Origin: Squalus acanthias
Lineage: Eukaryota
Assembly: GCA_030390025.1 (NCBI GenBank)
Contig: CM059432.1
Coordinates: forward strand, 42,038,001 to 42,102,000
Length of the DNA: 64,000 nucleotides
Direction: 5' to 3'
Shown here: positions 24,842-37,834 of the stretch, one piece after another
Layout: each line of letters starts with the position of its first letter
Numbering within the stretch: position 1 is the first letter of the stretch
Notes under the pieces: generated by a model
Seen by the model: only the letters and a program-made list of their open reading frames with translations
Databases searched by the model: none
Told to the model about the DNA's origin: nothing
Program-made: the position numbers and the translations under genes

Positions 24842-25640
24842 AATGACTATAATAATTAAGTACTTAACATCAACGTGTTACATTCTTTTTCCTTATATAA
24901 TGATTGTTTTTGAGATTGCCCTGAAAATCGAGCTTTTAAAGATCTTCGCATTATTGAAACAAAATGATTTTGCTCTAGGAAGTTATGATGACAATTGTCT
25001 GACGAGTTTTAAAATTATGATTGCTGATGGTCATTTTTAATGTTTGCTAATAGTAGCCACTTCAGAAAATTAGATGTTGGTATTATTATTGGTACAATTT
25101 GCTAATGATCAACTGAACAGTTTCAAGGTTATTTTGATCAGAAGAAAAATTTAAATACCCCTGATGTTAGTGACCATTTTAGATATTGGGCAAATTTTAC
25201 AAGTTAGCACTCCCAGCACAGAGCCTTACTAAACAGGAGGGCAGATTAGACAATCAGACATGGAGGTCGGTATGTTCAACACCTTCCTAATTTTCTATAC
25301 CTAACTGATTTGTGTTGGAAGTGGTAACACAGAAAATTTACCCATCCTCTGAACACATCCTGATTAGAAATGAAGCAAGAGTTTTGTGCTATGTAGCCAT
25401 ATACAATATAAGTCATAGTTATGATTTAACACTTTTAAAAACTTGCTGGGACACAGTTTCACAGATGCCAGCACCCCTCTGGTATCACACCTAAATGGCT
25501 ATCCTTCATGTGTGAGCCTGCAGATTGATTTTCAGCAGACTATTTTATCACAGCAGAATCGCAGCCAAGCTCGCTCTTGTCCTTACAACCACACGTGCTC
25601 ATGTTCCAACATGGGTCACTGTTCGCAGTCAGGAGAGACA

Positions 25641-27817
25641 GGGGGAGAAATTCGTGTTCGCCGGAGTTAATGGCTGCTGAAAATGGCTGCAACGCTAACA
25701 GGGCAAAATTGGTCTGGGGAGCATGGAGATTGTTGACGCAGCGCTTACCTTCCATGCAACGCCGTCCTGGTGGCATTGCTGGAGGCATCTGAGACGAAGT
25801 TTCTGTCCAAGTGCGGCGTTGCAGCTTCCCACAGCCTCTGGGAGTGAGGCTGTGGAGCTCGCGATGAATTGTGGGTAATGAAGAGGTCTGAGAATTAAAG
25901 GGGCCATACACACTGAAGCAGTACAAATTAAAATGAATTGAAACAATGCAGTTTTCAGCCCTTTCTGCCTTAAAAAAATTATTTAACATTAAAAAGAAGT
26001 CCTAAATGTGAATATTCAGCTCTTAAAGCTGAATTACCTTCCTAACCTCAACAAATGGGAAAACACAAATGGCTCAGCAAGCCAGGGAAGGGGCACCCAG
26101 GGTCTCACACGCAACACTCCAGCTTTGTGTAGGTGGTCAACACTGCAAGACAGGCCCTCTAACCACAAGGGCCAGGAGGCCCTCCAGCAAGAAGGATGCA
26201 TGAGTACATCACCGAGGCCATCACTGCCAGCAGTGTCGTCCCTACCATCTGGTTCCAGTGTCTAAAGAAGCTTCATGACCTGGTCAAGGTCAATGACTGC
26301 ATCTTCAAAAGCCGTCTCCTACCAACAGCACCACTAGCGTCACACACTGCTCAATACACGACCCCCAATCACTCACCTACCAACAATCTGCACCAATGAC
26401 GAGGCACGTCTCCCATTCCTAGCCTCACCTCACCCACTTGGAGGAGACGGTGCAGGCCATTCTCGGCAGGGGTATGGCTGAGCCCTTGGCCAGCAGCGGG
26501 GCTGAAAGGATACAAGATGCTGGTATCCTCATACGTTATCCTCCTTCTGGCATGCACCTCATGCTTTCCCGCCCTCCCGTCACAACAATTCCACCCTTGT
26601 GCCTTCCTCATTTCACACACCCAAGAAATACAACCTGCCCAGCCAGTGGGTGACCAAGAAGAGGGAGAGGGAGAGTGAAGAAGAACAAGAACAGAAGATT
26701 GATTTGACACTCTCAGCCACCAGCTCCTGAGGGTCAACCAGCAAGGCCATTTGCAGAGTCCCCCACTGAAAGTCAGCAGCCTTCCACCAGTCATGCTGTA
26801 GCCACTGGGGTAGCACTGCGTGACATCAGTAGGGTAGGCAAAGGCACACACAAGACAGTCACTAAGAGAATGCATACGGGTGATGAGTTGATTTCTTAAT
26901 GTCACATTGGATGGTGAGACATATGTGGTGGATTGAAATGTTTGCTTTGTGGTGGCTTTTATTTCAGCATCATCATGGCCAAGAGGATGCTGTGATGGTC
27001 AGTAACAGATGGAAGGTAAGGTGTGGGACTAATGCTGAAAGGGAAATCGGGGTTGTGGTCACTGGAATCGCAGACAGATGATTCCATCCCAGATATCCCG
27101 GCCACAAAGGGGCTGTCTGGGTTGCATCCTTCTTTCTGCTTCCTTCTCTTCTGCTTCCTTCTCTTCTGTGCTGTCTTCTTCCCTCTGCAAGCGGATGCTG
27201 TAAATGTGAAATGACAGCATAAAATGCTGGAAATACTCAGCTAGTCAGGCTGCATCTCAACCTGGGACTTGAACTCTGTTCTTTTCTCCATGAATATTGC
27301 GTGACCTGCTGAGTATTCGCAGCATGTTCTGTCTTCTCAAAGGCCTTCATTTACCATCCGAGCCCATGCAAGCATCCAGCAGCACTCCCTACACAATTAA
27401 AAACTTTTCACATCTATTGCAGCAAGCCACCACTTAATAAAATCAAAAAACCCAGTCCAAAACCTTACATTCAAACTTACCTAATGATGTGTGTGTCCCT
27501 TTAAGAGGTGCAGACATCACCACTGTCAGCCTGCTTGCACGCCAGGTTAACCTGGTGTGCTTAGGACTCAGTGCTGAATTCAGCGCCAGAGTTGAAGTTC
27601 ATGTCGGTGACGTTAAGTCGGCGTTGCAAGCTGATTGATATCACCATGCTGCCATTTTTTCTTTCAGGGCGCTTCCAGTTACCGGCAGCGCAAAGAGGGA
27701 TACGAATATGGCGGCCGCCGTGGAACCCGTCACCAGCTGGCAAAAGAGCGCCGGCTGCCATTTTATCGCCATTTTATGGCACTATGGAGTGGCGGTAAGT
27801 AGATGAATTTCTAGCCC
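25641..27817 (+). mobile_element. Family Z non-autonomous Harbinger
   Basis: GGGGGAGAAATTC...GAATTTCTAGCCC with ACA TSD; Myb remnant (WFQCLKKLHDL); Penelope-type fragment at ~27220-27335. Confidence 0.85.
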
Positions 27818-29544
27818 ACAATCTTTACTGATCGTCCCACTCTCTAATCCAGGGATATTGGGGCCAATTAGAGTGCAATCAGCCTATCCTGGCTGAGATC
27901 AATTGACTCTAAACAGAACAGGGATTAAATCTCACTGGACCGTCTACCGCAATATGATATCATGATGATTAGTGGTTTTAAAGCATCACTTGTAACCATG
28001 TATTGTTTCATAAGATCAGATCTAATTCTAAAAGATCATATCACATTTTAAAAGAAACAAAATTGTAACAATAGAATTTTATGTATAAAATTTAATGATG
28101 ATTGACTGAACAGTTTAAAAACTATGACAGTGATAATAAATTGGAAGTGCTGCCAGCAGCTGTCTTTGATTTGATCAGACTGTACCCAGTTACAAAATGA
28201 AACAAGATTCTGATGCTAGAAAGTTATGTATAAAATCTAGTAATGATTGACTAGATGTTTCAAGTTAATTGCAGCCATGAGAAAATGTGTGTGTTTTGGG
28301 CCAATAGTGGATGATCTTAGCGGTTTTTCAGCAAATATATTTAGTAGTAATGATAGTAAATGCCTTAAATAATATTACATCCTCTTAGGAAGCTATGAAA
28401 TATTCAAAATTTACTTAAAATGAACAAAAGGAATATCTTTAAACACTAATTTTATTGAGATATCAGAAATTGTACCATCAATCACTGCTTTTATCTAATA
28501 TCCACCATAATTCTAAACATATGTCAGCAGCTGACTAATGCTGAGGGAAACAGGTCATTTATTTTATAATACAGAAGATAATTTCCTATTGCACTATCTT
28601 CAAGTACCTAAGGCATGGCAGTCAACAGCTGCCATGTCTGTGCTTCATTGTATTTCAATTTTAGGCAAAAAATTTAATTATGTTTAATGTTCCATGTTAT
28701 GGAGAGAGGTTTTTTCTCCAGTTAATAACAGACTGTTGTTGTAAGCCCAGGCAATTTTCTTCATTAGTGTGAAATGAATGCAGTTGTTATGTTATATAGT
28801 TTCTGAATAACTAATGTGTCTGTTTTATATGGGGGACATTTTATAAGGTTAAAATACTTAATTTCGCTTCAAGTGTGTGGAGTAATCATCCTTTATTGCT
28901 ACTGGTGGTTATTTTCTTGCTGCCTGGGAGAATTCTTTGTAATTTCATTTGTACAGAATAGTTTTACATAGTAGATGCTAAAAGCATTAAGCCATCATTA
29001 ACTTTGTAGTCTATGGTAACTTTTTGCACACACATAGACACTCATATTATACACACACGCATATGTCTTGTTGGATTGTTCACTGAGAAAAATAAAAATA
29101 AAATCTGTGAGTATTTTATGTAATTGGGTTGTACTATGTAAATTGTGTTTTTGCCTGTTTTTTGTTTGTCTTTTGTAATATTTATATTTAAATACTTTTT
29201 ACTTTGCTTATTTTTTAGTTTGTGACAATTATCTATTGTGACTATGATTTTGAAGTTAAAAAGAAGCTGTGACTGGCAACAATTTGCCCAGTATATTGAG
29301 GTCCTTGTTGATTTGGACCGAGTGTTTGCAATGTATGTTAAAAAGTGGCAAGCAGCGATCTTATGTTTCTCTTGTGCTCACTTGACTGTTTTGTGATAGC
29401 AAGTTGTTTATTTAATCTGTTGTTATGTTTTTAAAAATGTTTTTAGGATAATTTATATTATTTTATTTTTGAACTTTATGAAGTTCAACTCAAGTTCAAG
29501 TGCTTGGTTCAGAGTGGCTTTTTAGTGACCTATAATTGCCTCTT

Positions 29545-29608
29545 CGTTGCCGGCATGGACTCGATGGGCCGAATGGCCTCCTTCTGTGCCGTATGACTCT
29601 ATGACTCT
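29545..29608 (+). mobile_element. CR1/HE1-type 3' tail ending in (TATGACTC)2
   Basis: gggccgaatggcctccttctgtgccg tatgactctatgactct; matches 15352-15378. Confidence 0.75.
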
Positions 29609-30372
29609 TTGTGTGTTGTAAAAGTGTAATAATTTATTCTTTAATTTTTATTTTTAATTTTTAAAGTCAGTGGGTAGCTGTTCATGATACTGTGCAGTCC
29701 TGGGTTCAGTAGGGGTGTAAGTCAACTTCAGCAGGGGTGCAAAATGAACATTAGCGTGATCCCAGGGACGCTTGCGAACCGCATGCGCCCCTGGGATACG
29801 TGGGCCCTGCGCATTTCGACTGTGGACAGGCCCAGGATCAGAAGTGTCTGGGTTGTGTAATGGGCAGGCAATCCGCTACTGCTTGTTTTGCAATCCACTG
29901 AAACTTTATTTCAGCACCGTGTGTTCGCCTTTTTATCAATTATTCAGATAATGGTTCAATTCAAAACAGAGGGGGTAAAATTGGATCGGGCCTGAAAATG
30001 GGCGCAGGCCCGTTCAAAGTGGTGCAGGCAGCACCCAAAATTCGTGTTGCCTGCTTATTATAATGATTGGAGCGCTGAGCTCCGTGCTCAACACGCTGCT
30101 GATTGGCTCAGTGCTCAAAGAGGGGCCAATATCGGGTGCAGTCTACTGGCAAATAAAATTTTGCCTAGGCTCCCTGCACTTCTTAAAGGGGAGGTGCTTT
30201 GTTGTAGAAGCACCTCATTGTCACTCTGAATACAGCCATGTCACAACAGGGAAGCGAAAGGGCAAGGCGCTTCTCAGATGCAGCACCGGAGGCCTTGGTG
30301 CTGGGGGTACACAGAAGAAGACAGGTCCTCTACCCGCAGGGGGGGCAGGAGACCTTCCACACAGAACACCAG

Positions 30373-31051
30373 GGCCTGTAATTTCCGATAGGAGGCTTCC
30401 TGCGTGCGGATGCCTCCTATCGGAAAAAAATCTACGCACTTACCTGAAGGCTCCCGAGGTCCAGACACTTCCGATCCTGGGCCTGTCCACAGTCGAAATG
30501 CGCAGGGCCCACGTATCCCAGGGGTGCATGTGGTTCGCAAGCGTCCCTGGGATCACGTGGGCCAGGCGAGCCAATGAAAGAAGGGAGATCACTGAAAAAA
30601 GACACTAAAACATTAAATAAATTTTTTTTTAAATCACGTTTTTAAAATGAGTTAAAATTATATTAAATGAAATATTTTAAACAAAAATGTAATTTTTGAA
30701 AAAAAAATTTAAGTTTTTTACGGGGCTAAAAATAAACTTACCATTTTTAAAAGTATTTTTAAATTATAAATTAGTGAAAAATATTTTTTTTTACTTTTTT
30801 AAACTCTTACGCTGGTAAAAGCAGGCCTTACACCTGCTTTTACCAGGCGTAGGATTTCTAAGGGATTTCAGCAGGTGGAGGTTGTGCAGAAAGCGGAACT
30901 CTCCGCCCGTTGAGACCCTTCTCCAGGGCAGGCGTCCAATCTGTCAGGAGGATTCTTGACAGATCGGAAATGCCGGTTTTCAGCGCATGCACTTTGCATG
31001 CCTGAAACCGGCATTTCCGATGTCCCCCGTAAGCATCGGAAAATATAGGCC
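30373..31051 (+). mobile_element. Non-autonomous Harbinger (family V, AT-rich centre) nested in Myb exon 1
   Basis: GGCCTGTAATT...AATATAGGCC with CAG TSD; related to 50794-51372 and 62126-62868. Confidence 0.8.
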
Positions 31052-31515
31052 CAGAAGGCAGAGAGAGGAGATAGCCCAAGCCATCAGTGCCACGTGTGTT
31101 GCCTCCAGGACCTGGAGCCAGTACTGCAAGAAGTTTAATGACCTCACATGAGTGGTCAAGGAGAGTGAATTCATCTTCAAATGCCATATCCCACCAACTG
31201 CACCACTAGCCTCACACACTGCTTGATGCGCCAAACCCCCATCACTCACCTAACAACAATCTATAGCAATCACGACTCATACCTCACAATCATAGCTTCA
31301 CCTCACCCTCACACACTTACTGCTGCTGCAAGACTCACATCCACATCTCACACCTTGTGCACAATGTCAGCTATTCAACCATGACAGGCACATCACCCAA
31401 ACATATTGCACCACACTCACTGACACACGACCCTTTCTCGTGCAGACCAAGGTGGCTCACAACTGCCATCAGCAGCAGCAGACAGGCAGGGGTGAAGCAC
31501 GTCTTCAAAACCTTA

Positions 31516-31694
31516 AATGCTGGAAATACTCAGCAGGTTAGGCAGCATCTGTGGAGAGAGAAACATTCTGATGAAAGGTCATCGACCTGAACTATTAACT
31601 CTGTTTCTCTCTCCACAGACTCCTGACCTGCTGAGTATTTCCAGCATTTTGTGTTTTTAGTTCAGATTTCCAGCATCTGCAGTATCTTGCTTTT
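31516..31694 (+). mobile_element. Penelope-derived inverted-repeat insert with 15-bp TSD
   Basis: gtcttcaaaacctta at 31501-31515 and 31695-31709; inverted arms; ctgatga-aaggtc-atc-gacct-gaa core. Confidence 0.8.
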
Positions 31695-32625
31695 GTCTTC
31701 AAAACCTTACTGCGCTGGAGGAGACCATGCTGGAGATCATTGGAAGGGCCGTCTCTGAAGTCATTGCGAGCCGCGAGGTTGAAAGCATTGCTGATGATGG
31801 TACGCTCATACTGAATCCTTCTTCTCACATCTAACTTCCCCCTTATCGCACAAGCTCTTCTCATTTACAAGCTGTTGATGGTGTAAGCATGCACATCTTG
31901 CTTTCACCCCTGCCCTCACCACAACCTGACCCTTGTGCCTTTCTCCTTTCAGATACCCAAGAATCAGCAGCCTAGCCTGTCCCCGACTAAGTAGAGGAGG
32001 AGAGTGATGGGGAAGAAGAGGCAACGTCACTTGATCTGACATTCCCAGGCACCAGTTCAGAAAATGGCACTGCGCAAATTTTAGAGGGTAGTACAGAGGC
32101 AGGATCTGCACGAGGTGAGTCACCGGGCACGGATGTCTGCAGCCAGGCCAGGGGGAAATGGTAGCTCAGGTGCCAGCTCCCCAGAGGTTGAGTTTGCACA
32201 CGAGTTCTGCTGCTGCTGATGACTTTGATGGGGCAGCTTTCAGAAGAAGAGTGATGGGCATGCACACAAAAATGCTTGGTGCAATGGCAGGCCCGCCAGA
32301 GAGCCTCTTGTCAGTGTCAAAGAGCATGAAGGAGTCTGGCTCCAACATTCCACAGGGCTTTCCGCGGAGCTTGGAGCCCATGATTTCCAGGATGGAAGTG
32401 ATGGGCAACTCCATTAGAACACTTGACCCAACCATGATGCTGGGTGTGATGAGCAATGCCGCAGCTTCCATTGCAGCACAAGTGGAAGCGACCCAACATC
32501 TGCGCTCTGCACTGGAAGCTCGGACTGCTCTCATGCAGGCTCAGTTTGCTGCCACGCAAGCTCAGACTGATGTCTTCGTGGCTGGGTTTACAAGTGTAAT
32601 GTCTTTGATGTGGTGCCTTCCTGGC

Positions 32626-32838
32626 TGACCTGATTGTTTCTCTGCCGAGGTGTGACGAAAGGCAGTCAGGAGGATTAAATGTAGTCGTCTGACATTGTAC
32701 GCTACACATGCATTGTTCTCTATCTATATATGCTTTGTCGATTCGTATTCCTTTACTTCACCTGACGAAGGGGCAGCAGCTCCGAAAGCTTGTGATTTCA
32801 AATAAAACTGTTGGACTATAACCTGGTGTTGTGCGACT
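32626..32838 (+). mobile_element. Penelope-type terminal fragment
   Basis: Its 3' ~80 bp is nearly identical to 19457-19541 reversed; hammerhead core followed by AATAAA. Confidence 0.7.
32758..32795 (+). ncRNA. Predicted minimal type I hammerhead ribozyme
   Basis: Stem I TCAC/GTGA; CTGACGA; stem II GGGGC/GCTCC; GAAA; palindromic stem III AGCT. Activity untested. Confidence 0.6.
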
Positions 32839-33654
32839 TCCCTCTTTTAAATTATGTCATTGTCTCTTGTGGTAAAGCATTTTGAGTTCTAATAACCCTC
32901 TGTGTGTTAAAAAAAACTCTTATAAAGTCACCTTTTGTGGGATAATGAAAATTTTGTTTCTCTCAAGTCATCAAAGACAAAGGGAGCAATTTTAAACTAA
33001 CACAACCGGAACTCGTTTTACACCCCTTTGACTTCAATGGAAAGTAAAATCAGTGAGGTGTAAAACGAGTGCCCGATCCGATCTCGTCAGTTTCCCACCG
33101 GGTGGGTTAGGTTAAAATTACTCAAAAGTTTCTTCCTACCACTCACAGTTTTAACCAACAGCTACCACCGATTACTTTTCATAACTCCACCCTTAGTTCT
33201 TTTTGATCTATGGACATTGTTACAATTCGGGTTCTCTCCCATCACTTTAATCTCAAGTTCACAGCAAGAAGCCGGTTTCCATAGCAGCCCTGTGTCTCCT
33301 CTGAGATAATACTTGCAACCTTATGCATGATGTGAATAGGATAGTATGCCACAGAATATATAATTTATTGCAGTAACTACATGGACACACTTCCATATTC
33401 CCCTGTCCATTTGGAAAGATGGCAAATATTATGCTATTAGACTGTATCATACAGGATAAAAATTAATAGTCATATTTATTTACATGACATAATTACACAG
33501 AAACAGAAACACCCTGCAAGAAACTAGCAGTACAATACTTGACTTATTACATAAACTGTTTCACAATGATAAAGAGTGCTGAATCTTTCTGAGTCAATTC
33601 CAGTAACTTTTGAACTAAGTCTACGAAGATACCTACGTGGACAATTTTAAAAAA

Positions 33655-34078
33655 TTCAGTCATGGGATGCCGGCGTCGCTGGCAAAGCCTGCATTTATTG
33701 CCCATCCGTAGTTGCCCTTGAAAAGGTGGTGGTGAGCCGCCTTCTTGAACCGCTGCAGTCCGTGAGGTGAAGGTACTCCCATAGTGCTGTTAGGGAGCGA
33801 CTTCCAGGATTTTGACCCAGCGATGATGAACGATTGGTGATATATTTCCAAGTCAGGATGGTGTGTGACTCGGAGGGGAACTTGGAGGTGGTGGTGTTTC
33901 CATGCGCCTGCTGCCCTTGTCCTTCTAGGTGGAAGAGGTCGCAGGTTTGGGTGGTGCTGCCGAAGAAGCCTTGGTGAGTTGCGGCAGTGCATCTGTAGAT
34001 GGTACACACTGCAGGCATGGTGCGACAGTGGTGGAGGGAGTGAATGCTTAAGGTGGTGGATGGGGTGCCAATCAATTG
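33655..34078 (-). mobile_element. Second non-LTR family, 3' fragment
   Basis: Reverse complement of the 22590-22990 type sequence. Confidence 0.85.
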
Positions 34079-34210
34079 ATCTATGGTGGACGGGGTGCCA
34101 ATAATTGACCTCTCTGAAGTTTCCACATAACAACAGTGACTCCACTTCAAAAATACTTCATTGGCTGTAAATCGCTTTGAGACGTCCGGTGGTCGTGAAA
34201 GGGGCTATAT

Positions 34211-36700
34211 AGAAACATAGAAAAATAGGAGCAGGAGTAGGCCATTCGGCCCTTCGAGCCTGCTCCGCCATTCAATATGATCATGGCTGATCCTCTATCT
34301 CAATACCATATTCCCGCTCTCTCCCCATACCCCTTGACGCCTTTTGTGTCTAGAAATCTATATATCTCCTTCTTAAATATATTCAGTGACTTGGCCTCCA
34401 CAGCCTTCTGTGGTAGAGAATTCCACAGGTTCACCACCCTCTGAGTGAAGAAATTTCTCCTCATCTCAGGCCTAAATGTCCTACCCCGTATCCTGAGACG
34501 GTGACCCCTCGTTCTAGACCCCCCAGCCAGGGGAAACATCCTCCCTGCATCCAGTCTGTCTAGCCCTGTCAGAATTTTATACGTTTCAATGAGATCCCCT
34601 CTCATTCTTCTAAACTCTAGTGAATACAGGCCTAGTCGACCCAATCTCTCCTCATACGACAGTCCTGCCATCCCAGGAATCAGTCTGGTGAACCTTCGCT
34701 GCACTCCCTCTATGGCAAGTATATCCTTTCTTAGGTAAGGAGACCAAAACTGCACACAGTACTCCAGGTGTGGTCTCACCAAGGCCCTGTATAACTGTAG
34801 TAAGACATCCTTGCTCCTGTACTCAAATCCTCTTGCAATGAAGGCCAACATACCATTTGCCTTCCTAACTGCTTGCTACACCTACATGTTTGCTTTCAGT
34901 GACTGGTGTACAAGGACACCCAGGTCCCTTTGTACATCAACATTTCCCAATCTATCACCATTTAAATAATACTCTGCCTTTCTGTTTTTCCTACCGAAGT
35001 AGATAACTTCACATTTATCCACGTTATACTGCATCTGCCATGTATTTGCCCAATCACTCAACTTGTCTAAATCGCCTTGAAGCCTCTTTGCATCCTCCTC
35101 ACAACTCACAATCCCAACTAGTTTCGTGTCATCAGCAAACTTGGAAATATTACATTTGGTTCCCTCATCCAAATCATTGATATATATTGTGAATAGCTGG
35201 GGCCCAAGCACTGATCCCTGCGATACCCCACTAGTCACCGCCTACCACCCCGAAAAAGACCCATTTATTCCTACTCTCTGTTTCCTGTCTGTTAACCAAT
35301 TTTCAATCCATGCCAGTATATTACCCCCAATCCCATGTGCTTTAATTTTGCACACTAACCTCTTATGTGGGACTTTATCAAAGGCCTTCTGAAAATCCAA
35401 ATACACCACATCCACTGGTTCTGCCTTATCTATTCTACCAGTTACATCCTCAAAAAACTCCAGTAGGTTTGTCAAAAACGATTTCCCTTTCATAAATCCA
35501 TGTTGACTTTGTCTAATCCTGTTGATATTTTCTAAGTGTCCTGTTATCACATCCTTTATAATAGACTCTAGCATTTTCCCTACTACTGATGTTAGGCTAA
35601 CCGGTCTGTACTTCCCTGTTTTCTCTCTCCCTCCTTTTTTAAATAGTGGTATTACATTTGCCACCCTCCAATCTGCAGGAACTGTTCCATAATCTATAGA
35701 ATTTTGGAAGATGACAACCAATGCATCCACTATTTTCATGGCTACCTCTTTTAGTACTCTGGGATGCAGATTATCAGGCCCTGGGGATTTATCAGCTTTC
35801 AGTCCCATTAATTTCTCCAGCACTATTTTTTTACTAATACTAATTTCCTTTAATTCCTCCTTCTCACTAGACCCTTGGGGGGAAAAATTCAGCTGCTTGC
35901 GCCTCCCGTTAGCGCCTTAAGAGGGCGCTAATGGGGCGTAAAGCAGCTAACGCCCGGGCGCAGCGCCGCCCACGCCTCCCGAAAAATTCAGTGGGAGGTT
36001 AGCGGCAGCGGCAGCCGGTAGCGCCCTGTGGCGCTGCGCCGCCGGCGATGATGTCATCGCCGTGCGCAGCACCCCGCTCGCGCCCCGGCCGTGATCTTCA
36101 GTCGCGCCCCCTGATTTACCGCCAGACGCTATGTCCGACGGGTTCAGGGAGGCGTACGTGCGGCCGGGGCGGCGATATTTAAAGGGGAGGTGGCAGGCGG
36201 CCATTTTTGTTGCTGGCCGCCTGCCAGCACCTGCCCCCGTTGCTGTCCCCGGCCCCCGTGAAGCCCCCCCACCGTGAAGTGCCGGCTGCGCTCCAAGAGC
36301 CCGGCACTTCTCTTGAGTGCCGGGCTCTTTTGCCGGCACTCCCGATCCCTGGGGGCCCAGCTGGGCCCCGGTTCGCGCTGCGCAGGGTCCCTCCCCTTTA
36401 AGAAGGGGAGGAAGGCCTGCAATACCGCGGCGCGACGTGCCGCAGCGCGTGGCGCTGCGGCACGTAGCGCCAGGATATTCCCTCGCAGCGCCCCAAGAGG
36501 GATGCGGGGTGCTTCCAGTGGCGCCCCGCTTCCCTCTTGGGGCGCAACCACTGAAGTTCCGGCGCGGGGCCGCTAATTTTTTCGGGGCGCTAAAAGTTGC
36601 GCCCCGGCGAGGTTAGCGCCCCAAATGGGGCGCGACTCAATTTTTACCCCTTGGTTCCTTAGCATTTCTGGGAAGTTATTTGTGTCCTCTACCGTGAAGA
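34211..36700 (-). mobile_element. CR1 LINE, 5'-truncated, inserted in a DeuSINE tail (34125-34210 and 36702-36730), itself interrupted by a MITE
   Basis: [35 protein letters not shown]; tttctatgtttc tail; atata at both junctions. Confidence 0.92.
35878..36650 (+). mobile_element. Non-autonomous Harbinger (family W), young
   Basis: TTG TSD; termini nearly identical to 63056-63145 and 876-910; CpG-rich. Confidence 0.9.
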
Positions 36701-37014
36701 CATATAAATGCAAGTTTTTCTTTTTCTTTTTACCTCTGGGGTACTGGAAACAGGCAGTCAAAACAGTGAGCTGAAAATCCTAATCTGCTGCCCAGTTATT
36801 GTTTTGACTTACTTTGAAGTGAAGGCAATCTTCTGCGAAGAACAGTTCTTTTTCAATAGTCAATCATTTATACCATTCAAGTAGTTAAGATGTGAGCAAA
36901 CATTGGGGGTGAAATTGGTCTTGTTTGGCATAATGAATCGCTGCATCCATCAGAGATATTTATGGCCTCATTATCCTCTCTGATCCCAAGTAGAACGCTA
37001 ATATCTACATTGCT

Positions 37015-37315
37015 AAAACAAAAGCAAAATACTGCAGATGCTGGAAATCTGAAATAAAAACTGAAAATACTGGAAACACTCAGCAGGTCAGACGGCTTCT
37101 GTGGAGAGAGAAACTGAGTTAACATTTCTGGTTGATGACCTTTCATCAGAACTGAAAGAAGTTACAGATTTAACAATTTATAAGCAAGTAAAGAGCCAGG
37201 GAAAAAGCGGGGTGGAGGGGGGGTGGGTGGTGGAAGGAAAGAACGAAAGGGAAGGTCTTCATAAGGTGGAGGGCAGGAGTAATTAAATGATAAAAGGGAT
37301 GATGGTAATGGGACA
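37015..37315 (-). mobile_element. Penelope-derived fragment
   Basis: Reverse complement of the 41522-41655 type sequence, including a ctgatgaaaggtc core. Confidence 0.7.
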
Positions 37316-37423
37316 ATAAGGACCACTTTTCCTGGCAACCTATTTTAGCTGTTTATCACTGCCGTCTAAAGACTTGTGTCCTAAATTTGACTTTCACAAC
37401 TTTGAGCCTGTGACCTGTGGTCT

Positions 37424-37834
37424 TTTTTTTATGGGATGTTGGCGTCGCTGGCAAGGCCAGCATTTATTGCCCATCCCTTATTGCCCTTGAGAAGGTGGTG
37501 GTGAGCCGCCTTCTTGAACAGCTGCAGTATTGTGTTTCGTAGCAGTTTGTTACAACTGAGTGGCTTGCTAGGCCATTTCAGAGGGCAGTTAAGAGTCAAC
37601 CACATTGCTGTGGGTCTGGAGTCACATATAGGCCAGACCAGGTAAGGATGGCAGATTTCCTTCCCTAAAGGACATTAGTGAACCAGATGGGGTTTTACGA
37701 CAATCCGATAGTTTCATACTAGCTTTTTATTCCAGATTTATTTAATTGAATTTAAATTCCCCAGCTGCCCTAGTGGGATCAGTAGTCCAGGCCTCTGGAT
37801 TACTAGTCCAGTGACATTACCACTATGCTACCGT
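37424..37834 (-). mobile_element. tRNA-derived SINE whose 3' ~105 bp equals the second LINE family's tail
   Basis: Head ggtagcatagtggtaatgtcactggactagtaatccagagg (A-box-like); 37424-37528 matches 33661-33758. Confidence 0.65.

Larger units (their letters stand above)
29971..32625 (+). mobile_element. Myb half of a decayed Harbinger (Myb from ~30238), truncated by a Penelope fragment
   Basis: GGGGGTAAAATTGG terminus; exon 1 remnant tgcaagaagtttaatgacctc; exon 3 ORF 32158-32628 homologous to the other Myb exon 3s. Confidence 0.75.
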
